The notes under the pieces: generated by a model
Told to the model about the DNA's origin: nothing
Database searches by the model: none
The model's input: only the letters and a program-made list of their open reading frames with translations
NCBI GenBank assembly: GCA_040752415.1
Contig: JBFMGU010000033.1
Span: forward strand, 1-56,099
Source of the DNA: Myxococcota bacterium
Lineage (GTDB): Bacteria; Myxococcota; JACRCW01
Direction: 5' to 3'
Length of the DNA: 56,099 nt
Shown: piece by piece, positions 28,267 to 38,773 of the stretch
Layout of the letters: every line of letters starts with the position of its first letter
How positions within the stretch are numbered: position 1 is the stretch's first letter
Translations under genes and position numbers: made by a program

Positions 28267-29454
28267 TCAGCTGGGCACCAGACCACGCACCGCGGCCACG
28301 ACGTGGGGATATCCCACGCGTTCCTGCTCCAGCCGCACGCGCGGGCCCAGGGTGTTGTGCACCAGGTCGGCGTAGAGGCTGTGTTCCTCCGTCGTGAGAC
28401 GGGATAGCGGCGCCAGGTGCGGCTCCTCTTCCGTCACCCATTGGCTCCGGTGGGACAGCAGCGTGGCCCGGTCCATCAGGAATGAGCGCGCGCGGGGATG
28501 GCGCTGTCGCAACCGGTCCAGGATGGCGAAGCCGTGCGTGTCCAGGTCACCCCAGTAATGCAGCTCCGCGTTTTCCAGCCACGGGATCTCGGCAATGCGC
28601 TCGACGTTGTACCCGAGACCAAACACCACCACGCTCTCCGGCGCGTCGGGGAAGGAGATGCCGGTCACCTCATTCTCCGTGATGAACACGTGGCGCACCG
28701 CCAACTGCACCCGCGCCAACTCCGCTGCCGGCGCCGCCAGGTCACGCAGACCGCCAATGCTCAGCCGCTCATCCAGCACCCGCATGCGCACGAGCATGGG
28801 CCGGGGGCGCAGACCGTAGCGCTGCTCGAAGTGACGCGCGGGTTTGAATTCCGGGCGAATGGCCTCGGGTGGAAGCACCTGGTCCAGCAGCTCGGCGAGC
28901 AGAGTGCTGTGCTGTTCCACGAACTTGGTGTCCACGCCGGAAACCGGCACCTGGCGGAGATACACACCCGGCAACGGATTGGCGCGGAACCACGTGAGGA
29001 CCTCCAGGATGCGTCCCCACGCGTCCGCGTGCTCCACCACCACCAAGGGGTGTCGCGCCAACCAGTCCTGCAGCGTCGGAAAGCGTTGCTGCGTGGCCTG
29101 CGCGTGCTCCGCGAACCGGGACGCCTCGCTGGACCGCTGGAGCATCCTCAGCGCGGTCTCCTCGTCATCAATCCACGCGGACTGCGGGACGCGGTTGCGC
29201 CCCAGCGGACGCAAGTTCACCTCCGCGTACTCCAGCCGGTAGCCGGCTCCCTGCTCCAGCGCACGCATCCATTGCCTGACGTCGTCAAAGCGGCTGGAGA
29301 GCTCGGCGTGGGTGGGACGCTTGAGCTTGAGTCGGAACGGGAAAAGCGCTTCGCCGGTGATGCGCGCGGAGAGCAGTTGACCGGAATCCCACAGGCGTCG
29401 CACCTGCGCGCGCAAGTCCTCCGGCGTGGACCAGGCCTTTCCCGACGTCGTCAT
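28267..29454 (-). CDS. jetD: Wadjet JetD toprim nuclease (DUF3322 + DUF2220)
   Basis: Motifs YLRQ...GVDTKFVE, ITENEVT, YWGDLDTHG and RLEQE. Last gene of the operon. Confidence 0.93.
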   Translation of the reverse strand: MTTSGKAWSTPEDLRAQVRRLWDSGQLLSARITGEALFPFRLKLKRPTHAELSSRFDDVRQWMRALEQGAGYRLEYAEVNLRPLGRNRVPQSAWIDDEETALRMLQRSSEASRFAEHAQATQQRFPTLQDWLARHPLVVVEHADAWGRILEVLTWFRANPLPGVYLRQVPVSGVDTKFVEQHSTLLAELLDQVLPPEAIRPEFKPARHFEQRYGLRPRPMLVRMRVLDERLSIGGLRDLAAPAAELARVQLAVRHVFITENEVTGISFPDAPESVVVFGLGYNVERIAEIPWLENAELHYWGDLDTHGFAILDRLRQRHPRARSFLMDRATLLSHRSQWVTEEEPHLAPLSRLTTEEHSLYADLVHNTLGPRVRLEQERVGYPHVVAAVRGLVPS

Positions 29455-32400
29455 GCGCTGCGCGCCGCACGCTCCGCGCGGTATTCCTCGATGGTGAGGT
29501 TGCGCAACATGGACAGGCGGCCCTCCTGGTTGTGCACAAATCCCACGCCGGTGACGTAGGGCTCGATGATGTGGATCTTCTGCAGCGGCGTCACCACCAG
29601 CAATTGCAGGTTGAGCTTCTTGAAGAGCTCCAGGCCGTAGCGGGCGGACTCGTCGGAGCCGCGACCAAAGGCTTCATCAATCACCACGAAGCGGAACGTG
29701 CGTGACCGGATGTCCCCCGTCTCCAGGCCGAACTGGTAGGCCAGGCTGGCCGCCAGCACGGTGTACGCGAGCTTCTCCTTCTGACCGCCGGACTTGCCCG
29801 CGGAGTCCGTGTAGTGCTCGTGCTCGCGGTCATCCTCCAGCCAGCGCTCGGAGGCCGAGAACGTGAACCAGTTCCGCACGTCGGTGACCTTGCGGGTCCA
29901 GCGCAGGTCCGCGTCGGTGTGGCCCTCGCGCCCGCGCAGCCGCTCGATGATGGACTTCACGCGGAGGAACTTGGCCTCGGAGTATTCCTCGTCGGTGGAG
30001 CCGGTGAGCGCGCCCTCGGTGCAGGCACGCAGGTCCTGTTGGAAATCCCGGATGTCCGCGTCCGCGCCAACCTGGGACTCCAGCACGATGTAGCGCCCGT
30101 CGTTGTACTCGATGCCGCGCAGGGAGCGGTTGATGCGGTCAATGCGTTCCTTGATGGTCTGCCGCTCGCGGTGCAGCTGGGACTGGAAGTTCGCCACCTC
30201 GCGGATGGTGTTCTCGTTCAGCAGCTCCTTGAAGCGTTGCTCAAACCGCGGAAGGTCATCCGCCTGCAGGCGCTGCAGGATGGTGCGGTACTCGTGCGCG
30301 GCCTGGATGCTGGCGTCGACCTCCTGGGTCTCCGCGGGCCACGCGGCGCGGAACTGCTGCATGGCACGCACCACGTTCTCCGCCAGGCGCTTGCCCCGCT
30401 CGTCCTCGGCGTCAATCCGTGCCTGCAGCCAGCGGCGCATCTGCTGCTCACGTGCTTCCGCGTTCTCCAGCGTGATGTTCTGCTCACCCAGCGCGTGCGG
30501 TCGCATCTCCTCCAGCCGCGGGAAGTGGCGCTCGCGTACTTCCGGGGAAACGGTCTCCAGGACGGCGCGACACTCCTGCAGCGTGGAGGTGGCGGTCTCG
30601 TGCCGCTCCTGGATGGTGCCACGCTTCTCGGCGATCTTCTGCGTGCGGGTGCCCACTCCGTCGAGCTCCGCGTCCAGCTCCTTGAGCCGCTCCCGCAGGA
30701 CACGCAGCTGGTCGGAGGCCTTCTCCAGCTCGCGCAGCTCCTCCTCCATGCGCTGGATGTCCACGGCCAGCGGCTGCCAATGGATGTCACGGTGGTTCTC
30801 GAACATCCGCAGCTGGGAGATCTTCTCCATGCGCTGCTGCAGCGTGGTGGCCTCGCGCTGCAGTACGGAGAGCTGCTCGGCAACGTCCTGGATCCGTTTC
30901 TCGACGTCACGGGCGCGCTTCTCCAGGGCGCGGATCTTCTCCTCGTTGGACCAACCCAGGACGTAGTGGGACCGGTCGTCAATGGCGCGACGATCATCCT
31001 TCTCATGCCGCTCCCCGGCGCCCTTGAGCTGGCCGGCGCGCGTGATGGCGTTCTTCTCCCTCCGGAATTCCTCCAGCGTCTCGCAGCACACCATGTTGGC
31101 GCGCTTGTGCAGCTCCGCTTCCAGCCACGCGTAGAACGCGGAATCCGGCCGGATGGCCAGCTTGTGCACCATGGCGCGCGGGTGTGATGACGACGGGGGA
31201 AGCGCGGTCACGGCGCGCACGCGGAAGTAGACCAGGCGGTCACGGAGATGGGTGCGGTCCACCCACTGCGCCACGCTCTCGTAATGCTCGTCCGGGACCA
31301 GCAGGGACAGACCAAACCCGCGCAACAACCGCTCCGCCGCACCCTCCCAGTCCTTCTCCTCCTCACGCACCTGGATGTGTTCACCGGCAAAAGGCAGGTC
31401 CTCCTCCGCCAAAGCAAGCGCGTTGCACAGGTCGGTGCGGACCCGCAGGTTGGTGGACGGGATGTTGGACCTTCGACGACGGAGCGACTCCAACTCCGCC
31501 GACAACTCCGTGTGCTGCCCGCGCAGCTCCTTGAATTCCACATTCCGTTCCAGGGTGCGGTTCTGCACGTCGGCGCGTTGCGTCTCCGTCGAGACTCGCT
31601 GCTCCTCGAGCGCTTCGCGGTTGCGCGCGAAGGAGTCCGCATCCACCAGCTCCGAGAGTCCCAGCGCGCGGGCCACCTCGCCGTACTGTCGTGCGCGGTG
31701 CTGGCGCGCGTTGAGCTCCGCGGTGCGCTCCTGGATGTCCCGCTTGAGTCGTTCCAGCCGGTCCCCGCCGTTGGCGGAGATGGCGCCGCGCAGCTCATCG
31801 CGGCTGACCTGCAGGTCCACCTGTCGTCGTCGCAGCTCTTCCAGCTCTTCTTCCAGCCGGGTCAGCTCTCCGCTCAAGTTGGAGACCCGCGCCTGCGCCA
31901 ACGCTTCCTTGTGCAGACAGAACCAGCCGCGCAGCGCCTCGCGGTCCGCGCGCAGCAGCGCCACGCCTTCGGTCAGGGCCGCGTGACGCTCGCAGTCCGC
32001 CACCAGCGGGGTGAGCGCGGCCACCTGTTCCCGGGCCTTCAGGACGGAGGCGTGGGCGCGGCTAAGATCATCGAAGTGATGGATCAGCGCGGCGATCCGG
32101 TCCTCCACCGGGAAGGCCTCCAGCATGTGCTGCCGCACGAACTCGGTGAGGTTGCCCACGGACTTCATGCTCACCGTCTGGTGGAACAGCTCCAGCGCCT
32201 GCTCATTCTGGATGCCCATCCGTCGACGGAACGCCGCCCCGTACTGTTGGAAGCTGTCGAACAGCTCCACGTTGGGCATCTTCCGCAGGCGCTTGCGCAG
32301 GTCCGCCACGTCGGTGCCGAAGTTGGAGAAGTGTTCGGCAATGCTTAGCGCACCATCGGCCACCAGCAGCATGCGCGCGGGCTGCCCGTCATGGTCCTTG

Positions 32401-32837
32401 AGCCAGAAGACCTGGGCCAGCGTGACGGTCTGTCCCAGGCCCTCGTTGTGGAACGCGGCGAGGATGACGGAGTAGGTGTTGTAATCCCGCAGCGCCACGG
32501 GACGCGCGGACAAGCCCTGGTCCCCACGCTCCGACTTGTAATGGCCCAGCACGTAGGACCGGACGGTGCGCTCGCGCGCGTCGGCACCGGCGGCCTTGTT
32601 GTAGGCCACGCGTTGCGGCGGAACCAGGAGCGTGGTGAGCGCGTCCACCAGCGTGGATTTGCCGGAGCCGATGTCGCCGGTGACCAGCACGGTGTGGCCG
32701 CGGGGCAGCAGCGTCCAGACGTGGCGGTGGAAGGTGCCCCAGTTGAAGACCTCCAGGCGGTCCAGGCGGAAGCCGGCCCGTGCGTCGGTGGCGGAGAAGT
32801 CCAGCAGGGATTGCATAGGCAAAGCGTCGGCTTTCAT
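29451..32837 (-). CDS. jetC: Wadjet JetC SMC/MukB-like ATPase
   Basis: LEVFNWGTF, Walker A GDIGSGKST, coiled coils, signature KSGGQKEKL, Walker B VVIDEAF. Confidence 0.95.
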   Translation of the reverse strand: MKADALPMQSLLDFSATDARAGFRLDRLEVFNWGTFHRHVWTLLPRGHTVLVTGDIGSGKSTLVDALTTLLVPPQRVAYNKAAGADARERTVRSYVLGHYKSERGDQGLSARPVALRDYNTYSVILAAFHNEGLGQTVTLAQVFWLKDHDGQPARMLLVADGALSIAEHFSNFGTDVADLRKRLRKMPNVELFDSFQQYGAAFRRRMGIQNEQALELFHQTVSMKSVGNLTEFVRQHMLEAFPVEDRIAALIHHFDDLSRAHASVLKAREQVAALTPLVADCERHAALTEGVALLRADREALRGWFCLHKEALAQARVSNLSGELTRLEEELEELRRRQVDLQVSRDELRGAISANGGDRLERLKRDIQERTAELNARQHRARQYGEVARALGLSELVDADSFARNREALEEQRVSTETQRADVQNRTLERNVEFKELRGQHTELSAELESLRRRRSNIPSTNLRVRTDLCNALALAEEDLPFAGEHIQVREEEKDWEGAAERLLRGFGLSLLVPDEHYESVAQWVDRTHLRDRLVYFRVRAVTALPPSSSHPRAMVHKLAIRPDSAFYAWLEAELHKRANMVCCETLEEFRREKNAITRAGQLKGAGERHEKDDRRAIDDRSHYVLGWSNEEKIRALEKRARDVEKRIQDVAEQLSVLQREATTLQQRMEKISQLRMFENHRDIHWQPLAVDIQRMEEELRELEKASDQLRVLRERLKELDAELDGVGTRTQKIAEKRGTIQERHETATSTLQECRAVLETVSPEVRERHFPRLEEMRPHALGEQNITLENAEAREQQMRRWLQARIDAEDERGKRLAENVVRAMQQFRAAWPAETQEVDASIQAAHEYRTILQRLQADDLPRFEQRFKELLNENTIREVANFQSQLHRERQTIKERIDRINRSLRGIEYNDGRYIVLESQVGADADIRDFQQDLRACTEGALTGSTDEEYSEAKFLRVKSIIERLRGREGHTDADLRWTRKVTDVRNWFTFSASERWLEDDREHEHYTDSAGKSGGQKEKLAYTVLAASLAYQFGLETGDIRSRTFRFVVIDEAFGRGSDESARYGLELFKKLNLQLLVVTPLQKIHIIEPYVTGVGFVHNQEGRLSMLRNLTIEEYRAERAARSA

Positions 32838-33442
32838 GCGGACACATCCTGCGCGGCGTGGGCCTGGTATTCCTGCAAGCGCTGGTCAAACTCCTGCAAC
32901 CACTGCGCGTCAATGAACGCCTTGATGATTCGACGCACCTCGCAGAGCTCACTGGAGCCCTGCATCCGTCGGAGAAAACCCAGGTCCACCACTTTCTGGA
33001 TGGAGGCTTCCACCTTGTCCACCAACCGCGCTTCATTGGTGCCCGCCGGCAGGAACACGCGCACCAGCTCCACCATCTCCTCGCGAGAGAGAATGCAGCG
33101 CGCGTCTCCGCCCGTGGCATCCACCTCCGCCAGCTTCCGGCGCAACAGCACCAGCAGCAGACTCACCGGGTAGCTGAGTTGTCGACGCGCCACCAACCGC
33201 GGAAGGTCGACCCCGTCGGGCTCCGCCGCGCGTTGGCGCAGGAACGCATACCCTTCCGCTTCATCCAGCAGCAGCTCCAACCCCAACACGCGCACGTGAT
33301 CCCGGACCCGCGCCTGCAACGAGAGCAGGTACTGCCAGAGGTCGGCGTGGGTCTCCTGGTAGAGCACGCCCTTCATCAGGTGGACGAGCACCAGGGAGAG
33401 CGCGTGGGGCGGCAACCGCGGCGCAACGTCATTCTGCTGCAT
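32834..33442 (-). CDS. jetB: Wadjet JetB (DUF4194)
   Basis: ATG 33442 with a GGAGG RBS. LMKGVLY...LDEAEGYAFLRQ...PRLVARRQLSYPVSLLLVLLR. Confidence 0.92.
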   Translation of the reverse strand: MQQNDVAPRLPPHALSLVLVHLMKGVLYQETHADLWQYLLSLQARVRDHVRVLGLELLLDEAEGYAFLRQRAAEPDGVDLPRLVARRQLSYPVSLLLVLLRRKLAEVDATGGDARCILSREEMVELVRVFLPAGTNEARLVDKVEASIQKVVDLGFLRRMQGSSELCEVRRIIKAFIDAQWLQEFDQRLQEYQAHAAQDVSA

Positions 33443-34898
33443 GCGCCACCTCCTTCCCGCGGTTCCGACGGAACAGCACCAGCGGCACCGTTGCCTGGCG
33501 TGTGTTTCCCGCGTCGTCACGCCAGGGGACCGCCTCGGTGCTGGCGTCGTCGATGACGGCGTTGGGGTCGTCCGAGGCAATGGCCAGGTACGTCACCAGC
33601 TCCGCCAGCCCCTGCTCCAGCGGATGGTCCGTCACCAGCTCCGCCAGCGAGACCTGACGGCGCGCCTGCAATGCGCGGCGGATGCGCCCCTCCAACGCCG
33701 CACGATCCACGTAGACCTGGTTGAACAATGCGTCGGTGGGAATCTCCGCCGACGTGGCGGCCAGCGCCTGCTCGGTGATTCGCGCGCGCAGCGGCGGAGA
33801 GAACAGGGGACGGTCCATGGTGAGCTCCACGTCGGGGCTGGCCTCATCCAGCTCGACAAACACGCCCTCCGGCGGAGCCTCCCGCACCTTGAGGGCATGC
33901 TGCTCCACCTGCCGGATGACCTGCATCATCCGACGGTTCTCCATGCGGCTCTGCTCGTCGAGGAATCGACGCAGCTGCTCGGACAAGCGCGCCACCGTCC
34001 GCTGCGCCATGTCTCCGGCTTCCAGCCAGTCATAGTGCACACGCAGCAGGCGCTCGTCGGGCTCCAGGGACTGCACGGCGGGCAGCGCCATCACGGTGGC
34101 GAGCATGGTGGTGAGCTCTTCTTGCCGCGAGGGGGACATGAGGAAGTCCCAGAACGCACGGAAGCTGCGTCCCTCGTCGGAATCCGCAATGGCGTCACGC
34201 TGGCCAAAGACGTCATCCAGCAGCGAGCCCTTGCTGCCTTCCCACGCGGCAATGCGCGCACGCACGTCGCGGTCCAGCACGCGGAAGTTGTGCTCCACCT
34301 CGCGGAAGTCGGAGAGCAGACCGCGCGCGGTGGCGGCCATCTGGACGAACCGGTCCTTGACCCGCGCGTCATCCATGAGGTCCACCTGGCCACGACGGAC
34401 GCGATCGATCTCCGCGTCGATGGCCGCGCGCCTTCGCTCCAGCTCGGCCAGCCGATCCTCCGGGCGCGTGTTGGTCTCCTCCACCAGCTCGCGCAGCAGG
34501 TGGAACACCGTGAGCAGCCGCGACTCCGTTCCCACGAACTGTCGTTGTCGCAAGCTGAAGACCCACTCCAGCGCCTTCTCGGTGGCGGGCGTGAGGTCGT
34601 AGTGAGGCTCGTCGCTGCGGGGCGGGTAGTACTTGCGCAGCCAGCCGCGTGCGTCGGACGCCCACTCCTCCAGGTAGGCCGTGGCCGTGCGGGGATAGAC
34701 CTCCGCGCCCAGCGTCGACCGCAGGTGGAACAGGTGATCCTCCAGCCGCGACGTGATCTCCGGCTGCGCCAGCGTGCGCACGTTGGGCGCAATGAAGGTG
34801 CGGTGGAGGAAGTCCATCACCAGCGGCGCGTGGTCCGCGGTGAGCAGGCGCCACCCCGGGTGGGACTTGCGCAAGGCGTCCAGCGCGGCGTGGTCCAT
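33429..34898 (-). CDS. jetA: Wadjet JetA (DUF3375)
   Basis: HPGWRLL..DHAPL, GWLRKYY, FVGTESRL, GRSFRAFWDFL. First gene of an overlapping operon. Alternative TTG start at 34910. Confidence 0.92.
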   Translation of the reverse strand: MDHAALDALRKSHPGWRLLTADHAPLVMDFLHRTFIAPNVRTLAQPEITSRLEDHLFHLRSTLGAEVYPRTATAYLEEWASDARGWLRKYYPPRSDEPHYDLTPATEKALEWVFSLRQRQFVGTESRLLTVFHLLRELVEETNTRPEDRLAELERRRAAIDAEIDRVRRGQVDLMDDARVKDRFVQMAATARGLLSDFREVEHNFRVLDRDVRARIAAWEGSKGSLLDDVFGQRDAIADSDEGRSFRAFWDFLMSPSRQEELTTMLATVMALPAVQSLEPDERLLRVHYDWLEAGDMAQRTVARLSEQLRRFLDEQSRMENRRMMQVIRQVEQHALKVREAPPEGVFVELDEASPDVELTMDRPLFSPPLRARITEQALAATSAEIPTDALFNQVYVDRAALEGRIRRALQARRQVSLAELVTDHPLEQGLAELVTYLAIASDDPNAVIDDASTEAVPWRDDAGNTRQATVPLVLFRRNRGKEVAHAAE

Positions 34899-34988
34899 GG
34901 CGTCGGCCAATCTCCTCCGGGAGGGGCACCCTAGCGCGCCGGACCCAACCGCGCACAGGACCGCTTGGGGCCACGCTCCAGCGGGGGA

Positions 34989-37900
34989 TCAGCGCTTGCC
35001 GTCCACCACCGTGCCCCGCAACGACGACGACGCGGCCTTGAGCGCCTGCTCCATCGTCGCCTGGTGCTGGACGTAGCTGGCCGCGGGATAGACACCGTGG
35101 CGCACGGTGCAGCGCAGCTCCACGCGCTCCCCGCCGGCCTCGTCGGCCACCGCGGAGGAGCATTCCGCGCTGGGCCCGCTGGCCTTGTGCTGCACCTCCC
35201 GCGCCGCGGCGAGCTTCACGCCGGTTGACGACGTCACGTGCGTCACGCTCTCCATGTCCAGCGGGTAGGGGATCTCGTAGTCGCTCTTGCGGTCGGACAC
35301 CGGCGACGGCGCCAGGTGATAGTCCTCCCAGCTCAACGGCAACGTGATGAACACGCTCTGGTCCTGCCGGTCCACCCCGCGCCCCGCGCGATAACGCGCC
35401 CGCAGCACCAGCGGCGCGCCGTTGTCGTCGAGCTTCTCCACCGCCACGTCCTGGAGCTGCGCGCCCGGCACGGAGCGGCCCACCAGGCCCTGCAGCCACG
35501 TCTTCTGTCCCGCGGGGTCGGTCTTGCGCAGGTAGGCGCGCGTGAAGTTGGCGATGTAGCCGGTGAGCTGCACCTCCTCGTTGACGTCGAGCACCTGGTC
35601 CGCGGTGAACGCCACGTTGCGCTGGACGCGCACCTTGCTGTCGGCGGGACGGTACGCGGGGATGTCCAGGAAGCGCGGCTGCTCCGTGAGCACCAACGCC
35701 CGACGTCCCGCCAGGCCCACCGGCGTGAGCATGGTGCGGCCGAACTCCTTGTCGGTGGCGTCGACGAAGCGCGCCTCCTTCCCGCTCCCCACCAGCAGGA
35801 TCATGTGATTGAACTGGTCCAACGAGGGCAGCCCCTCCTGCAGGTCCGCGTAGGTGTGCACCAGCACCAGCGACGACGGGATGGACACCGCCTTCAACAT
35901 CTGGTGCAGCAGCACGGAGTGGTCCTTGCAGTCACCGTAACCGTTCTCCAGCGTCTTGCCCGCGGGCGTGGGAATCAGCGCGCGCACGCCGAACTCCACG
36001 GCGCGGTAGGTGATCTTCTTCTGCACGTGCTGCCAGAGGATCTCCAGCTTCTCCTTCGGGCTCTTCGCGTTCCTGGTGAGCTCGCGCGCGGTGGCGGTGA
36101 TGATGGCGTCTTCCTTCAGCACCTCCTTCAACGACGTCAGGTACTCCCGCCCCAGCTCCTTCCAGTCATTGCGGGCGTCGCCCAGGTAGACCATGGGATG
36201 GCGTTGCGTGTAGCGCGCGGCGAGCGGCTCCTCCGTCAACAGCGGCGGGTCCTTCATCAGGAACATGAGTCCGGTGGTGGTGGGCGTGGCGGCGGGCGCG
36301 TTCTGGGCGGCGGTGCGCACCTCCTTGGCATCCCCCACGTAGAACAGCGCGGCCACGCCCACGGGGCGGGTGTTGGACAAGGGCACGTCGTGGAACCACA
36401 GCTTCTCCGGCAGGCCGCGTCGCTCCTTGGTCACCACGAACTCCAGCGTGTGACCCGGCGCCACCTGCGGCACGGGGAGCACCAGCGTCTGGTCGTGGGA
36501 GGCGTGGGGATTGTCCGGCTGATCAATCACGTAATAGTCGTCCACGTTCCCGCGTGAGACCACTTCGCCCTTGGCGTTGGTGACCACCAGGCTGTTGACG
36601 AAGATGCGCTCGGCCAGCGGGGAGAAGTCGAATTGCAGCGTGCTGAACCGGGACACGCCGCTCTCGTCGAGGACGCGGATGCGACGGTAATACGTGATGC
36701 GCTCCAGCTTGCCGCGCTCGAACTGCACGCCGTCGACACGCCAGTCATAGTACGCGCCCCGGTCGGTCTGCGGCGGGTTGGCCAGCGGCACCAGCTCCCG
36801 CGCGAGCTCCGGCGGCAGCGGCACGGGCGCCAGGGCCTCCTTGATGGCGCTGTTGTTCCCCTCGCCCAGCTCGGCGGAGATGTGCTGCAGCCACTCCTTG
36901 GCGTCGGCGTCACCAGGGGCCAGCGCCACGGCGCGCTCAAAGGACTCCTTGGCCTTGCGGTGCCACTTCAGCTGGTACTGCGCGCGCCCCCGCCACATCT
37001 GCACGTCGGCGGAATCCAGCCCGCGCTCGACGAGCTGGTCGGTCACCGCAATCACGTCCTTGTAGCGCTCCAACGCGAACAGGTGCGCCATGCGCGCGTA
37101 GGCAATCTGCGCATCCATGGCACTGCCCTTCTGCACGCGCTCCAGCATGGCCAACGCCTCGTCGTGCTTCTTCTGCCGGTACAGGTAGCTGGACTGGCGC
37201 ATCCGCATGGGCAGGGATGGCCTTAGTGCCAGATAGCCCTCAAACGCCTCCATGGCCTCCTGGTGACGGTGCTGCGCTTCCAGGATGGAGATGTATTCGC
37301 CGAAGTCCTCGTCGTCATGGTGACCGGCGGCGAACAGCTCCTTGAAGATGGCCAGCGCCTTGTCCTGCTCTCCCTGCGCGTTGAGGTGCCACGCGTGCCA
37401 CACCCGCACCGGCACCTCCTGGCGCTGCGTTTCGGTTGCCGCGTCGTAGAGGGCCAGGGCCTGGGGGTGGTCCTTGAGGTGGTAGAGGCAACCCTGGGAG
37501 TTGGTGAGAAACACGGTGGCCTGGGGATCCATCGCCATGGCGCGACGGAAGTACGGGCACGCCTGGGGATACTGCTTGGCGTCGTAGTGGTGCAGGCCGC
37601 ACTGGTTGAAATGCGTGGCGTGCGGCTTCTTGAGCGCGTCCGGGATGTTCACCGCCGTCACCGACGACGTCACGCGGAACCCCGGGAACGCCGCCTCCGC
37701 CACCTTGTCCACGCTCAGCGACTTGTTGGCGCTCCACACCCACAGGAAGTACGCCACCTCCGGCGTGGAGACGATCTTGAGTCGATACTCGTACTTCGCC
37801 TCCTTGGTCTTGCGCGCCGCGGTGAAGAGCTGCTCCAGCTGGCCGGGCGTCCCGTTCTCGGTGACCGGGCCGGAAGGCACCACGTCGTTGTCGGTGACCT

Positions 37901-38711
37901 TGAAGCCCATCATCACGGTGGCGGCGCGCGCCAGGGCCTCCATGCGCGGACGCGGCTGACCGTGCGCGAACGGCGCCACCACGAAGCCCGCGCGACCACC
38001 CCGCGCCAACGCGCCGGTCTCCGCCTCCTCCACCTCCTTGGCCACCTCCGGCCAGGTGATGAACAGGTTCGCGGTGGGGCGCATGGTGTAGCCAAACGTC
38101 GACGAGTCAAACGCCACATAAGGGCGCGCCTGCACCTTGCTGGAGATGCGTTCAGGGTCGATCAGCGAGAAGCGCGCGAACATCTCCTGGGCGGTCTCCA
38201 GCACCGCTTCGCGCTCGGACACCTCGCCAAAGGCGATGAGCTGGTAGAGGAAACCGTTCCGCACCAGGATGCCGTGCACGTAGAGTATCTCGCCTTCCTT
38301 GAGCTTGGCCTCGGTGGTGAATTTCAGGCCGGGCTGGTTGGCCAGGGTGACGGGCTCGGGGTCTGTCGTGCGGTAGCTCTGCACGGCCCGCTTGAGGTTG
38401 TTGAGCGCCACCTGGGCAAGATTCGCCGCCTCGACGGTGAGATCCTCACCCTCCTCGGCGATCACCATGAACTGGATGGCGGGGTCCAGTCGCATGATCT
38501 GCAGCGTGGCCACGTCGTTCTTCTCCGGCGCGGTGAAGTAGGGCCGGCCCGGATGGACAAAGCGCATGTTGACCTGGTTGAACTCCAGGACCTCGCCCTC
38601 GCTGTGTCGCTCCGTGGCGGCGCTGATGAGGAACCAGGCAACGTTCGCGCAGCCGGTGGTCAACACCGTGATGAGCGCAAGCAGACCGACGAGGGAGTTG
38701 GGACGCTTCAT
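34989..38711 (-). CDS. Lipoprotein with TPR repeats, DUF3857 and transglutaminase-like domain
   Basis: MKRPNS...LTTGC lipobox and TPR helices. Catalytic triad GDCKDH / FNHMI / VDAT. Confidence 0.85.
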   Translation of the reverse strand: MKRPNSLVGLLALITVLTTGCANVAWFLISAATERHSEGEVLEFNQVNMRFVHPGRPYFTAPEKNDVATLQIMRLDPAIQFMVIAEEGEDLTVEAANLAQVALNNLKRAVQSYRTTDPEPVTLANQPGLKFTTEAKLKEGEILYVHGILVRNGFLYQLIAFGEVSEREAVLETAQEMFARFSLIDPERISSKVQARPYVAFDSSTFGYTMRPTANLFITWPEVAKEVEEAETGALARGGRAGFVVAPFAHGQPRPRMEALARAATVMMGFKVTDNDVVPSGPVTENGTPGQLEQLFTAARKTKEAKYEYRLKIVSTPEVAYFLWVWSANKSLSVDKVAEAAFPGFRVTSSVTAVNIPDALKKPHATHFNQCGLHHYDAKQYPQACPYFRRAMAMDPQATVFLTNSQGCLYHLKDHPQALALYDAATETQRQEVPVRVWHAWHLNAQGEQDKALAIFKELFAAGHHDDEDFGEYISILEAQHRHQEAMEAFEGYLALRPSLPMRMRQSSYLYRQKKHDEALAMLERVQKGSAMDAQIAYARMAHLFALERYKDVIAVTDQLVERGLDSADVQMWRGRAQYQLKWHRKAKESFERAVALAPGDADAKEWLQHISAELGEGNNSAIKEALAPVPLPPELARELVPLANPPQTDRGAYYDWRVDGVQFERGKLERITYYRRIRVLDESGVSRFSTLQFDFSPLAERIFVNSLVVTNAKGEVVSRGNVDDYYVIDQPDNPHASHDQTLVLPVPQVAPGHTLEFVVTKERRGLPEKLWFHDVPLSNTRPVGVAALFYVGDAKEVRTAAQNAPAATPTTTGLMFLMKDPPLLTEEPLAARYTQRHPMVYLGDARNDWKELGREYLTSLKEVLKEDAIITATARELTRNAKSPKEKLEILWQHVQKKITYRAVEFGVRALIPTPAGKTLENGYGDCKDHSVLLHQMLKAVSIPSSLVLVHTYADLQEGLPSLDQFNHMILLVGSGKEARFVDATDKEFGRTMLTPVGLAGRRALVLTEQPRFLDIPAYRPADSKVRVQRNVAFTADQVLDVNEEVQLTGYIANFTRAYLRKTDPAGQKTWLQGLVGRSVPGAQLQDVAVEKLDDNGAPLVLRARYRAGRGVDRQDQSVFITLPLSWEDYHLAPSPVSDRKSDYEIPYPLDMESVTHVTSSTGVKLAAAREVQHKASGPSAECSSAVADEAGGERVELRCTVRHGVYPAASYVQHQATMEQALKAASSSLRGTVVDGKR

Positions 38712-38773
38712 GGATTTCTCCGGGAGGCAACCGGAGCGAGACGATACCTCATCCACCACGCTAAGCTGCGGAA

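Noticed and set aside
23660..34990. Integrative element or prophage carrying the defence island
   Set aside because: No integrase, tRNA, phage genes or flanking direct repeats were seen.
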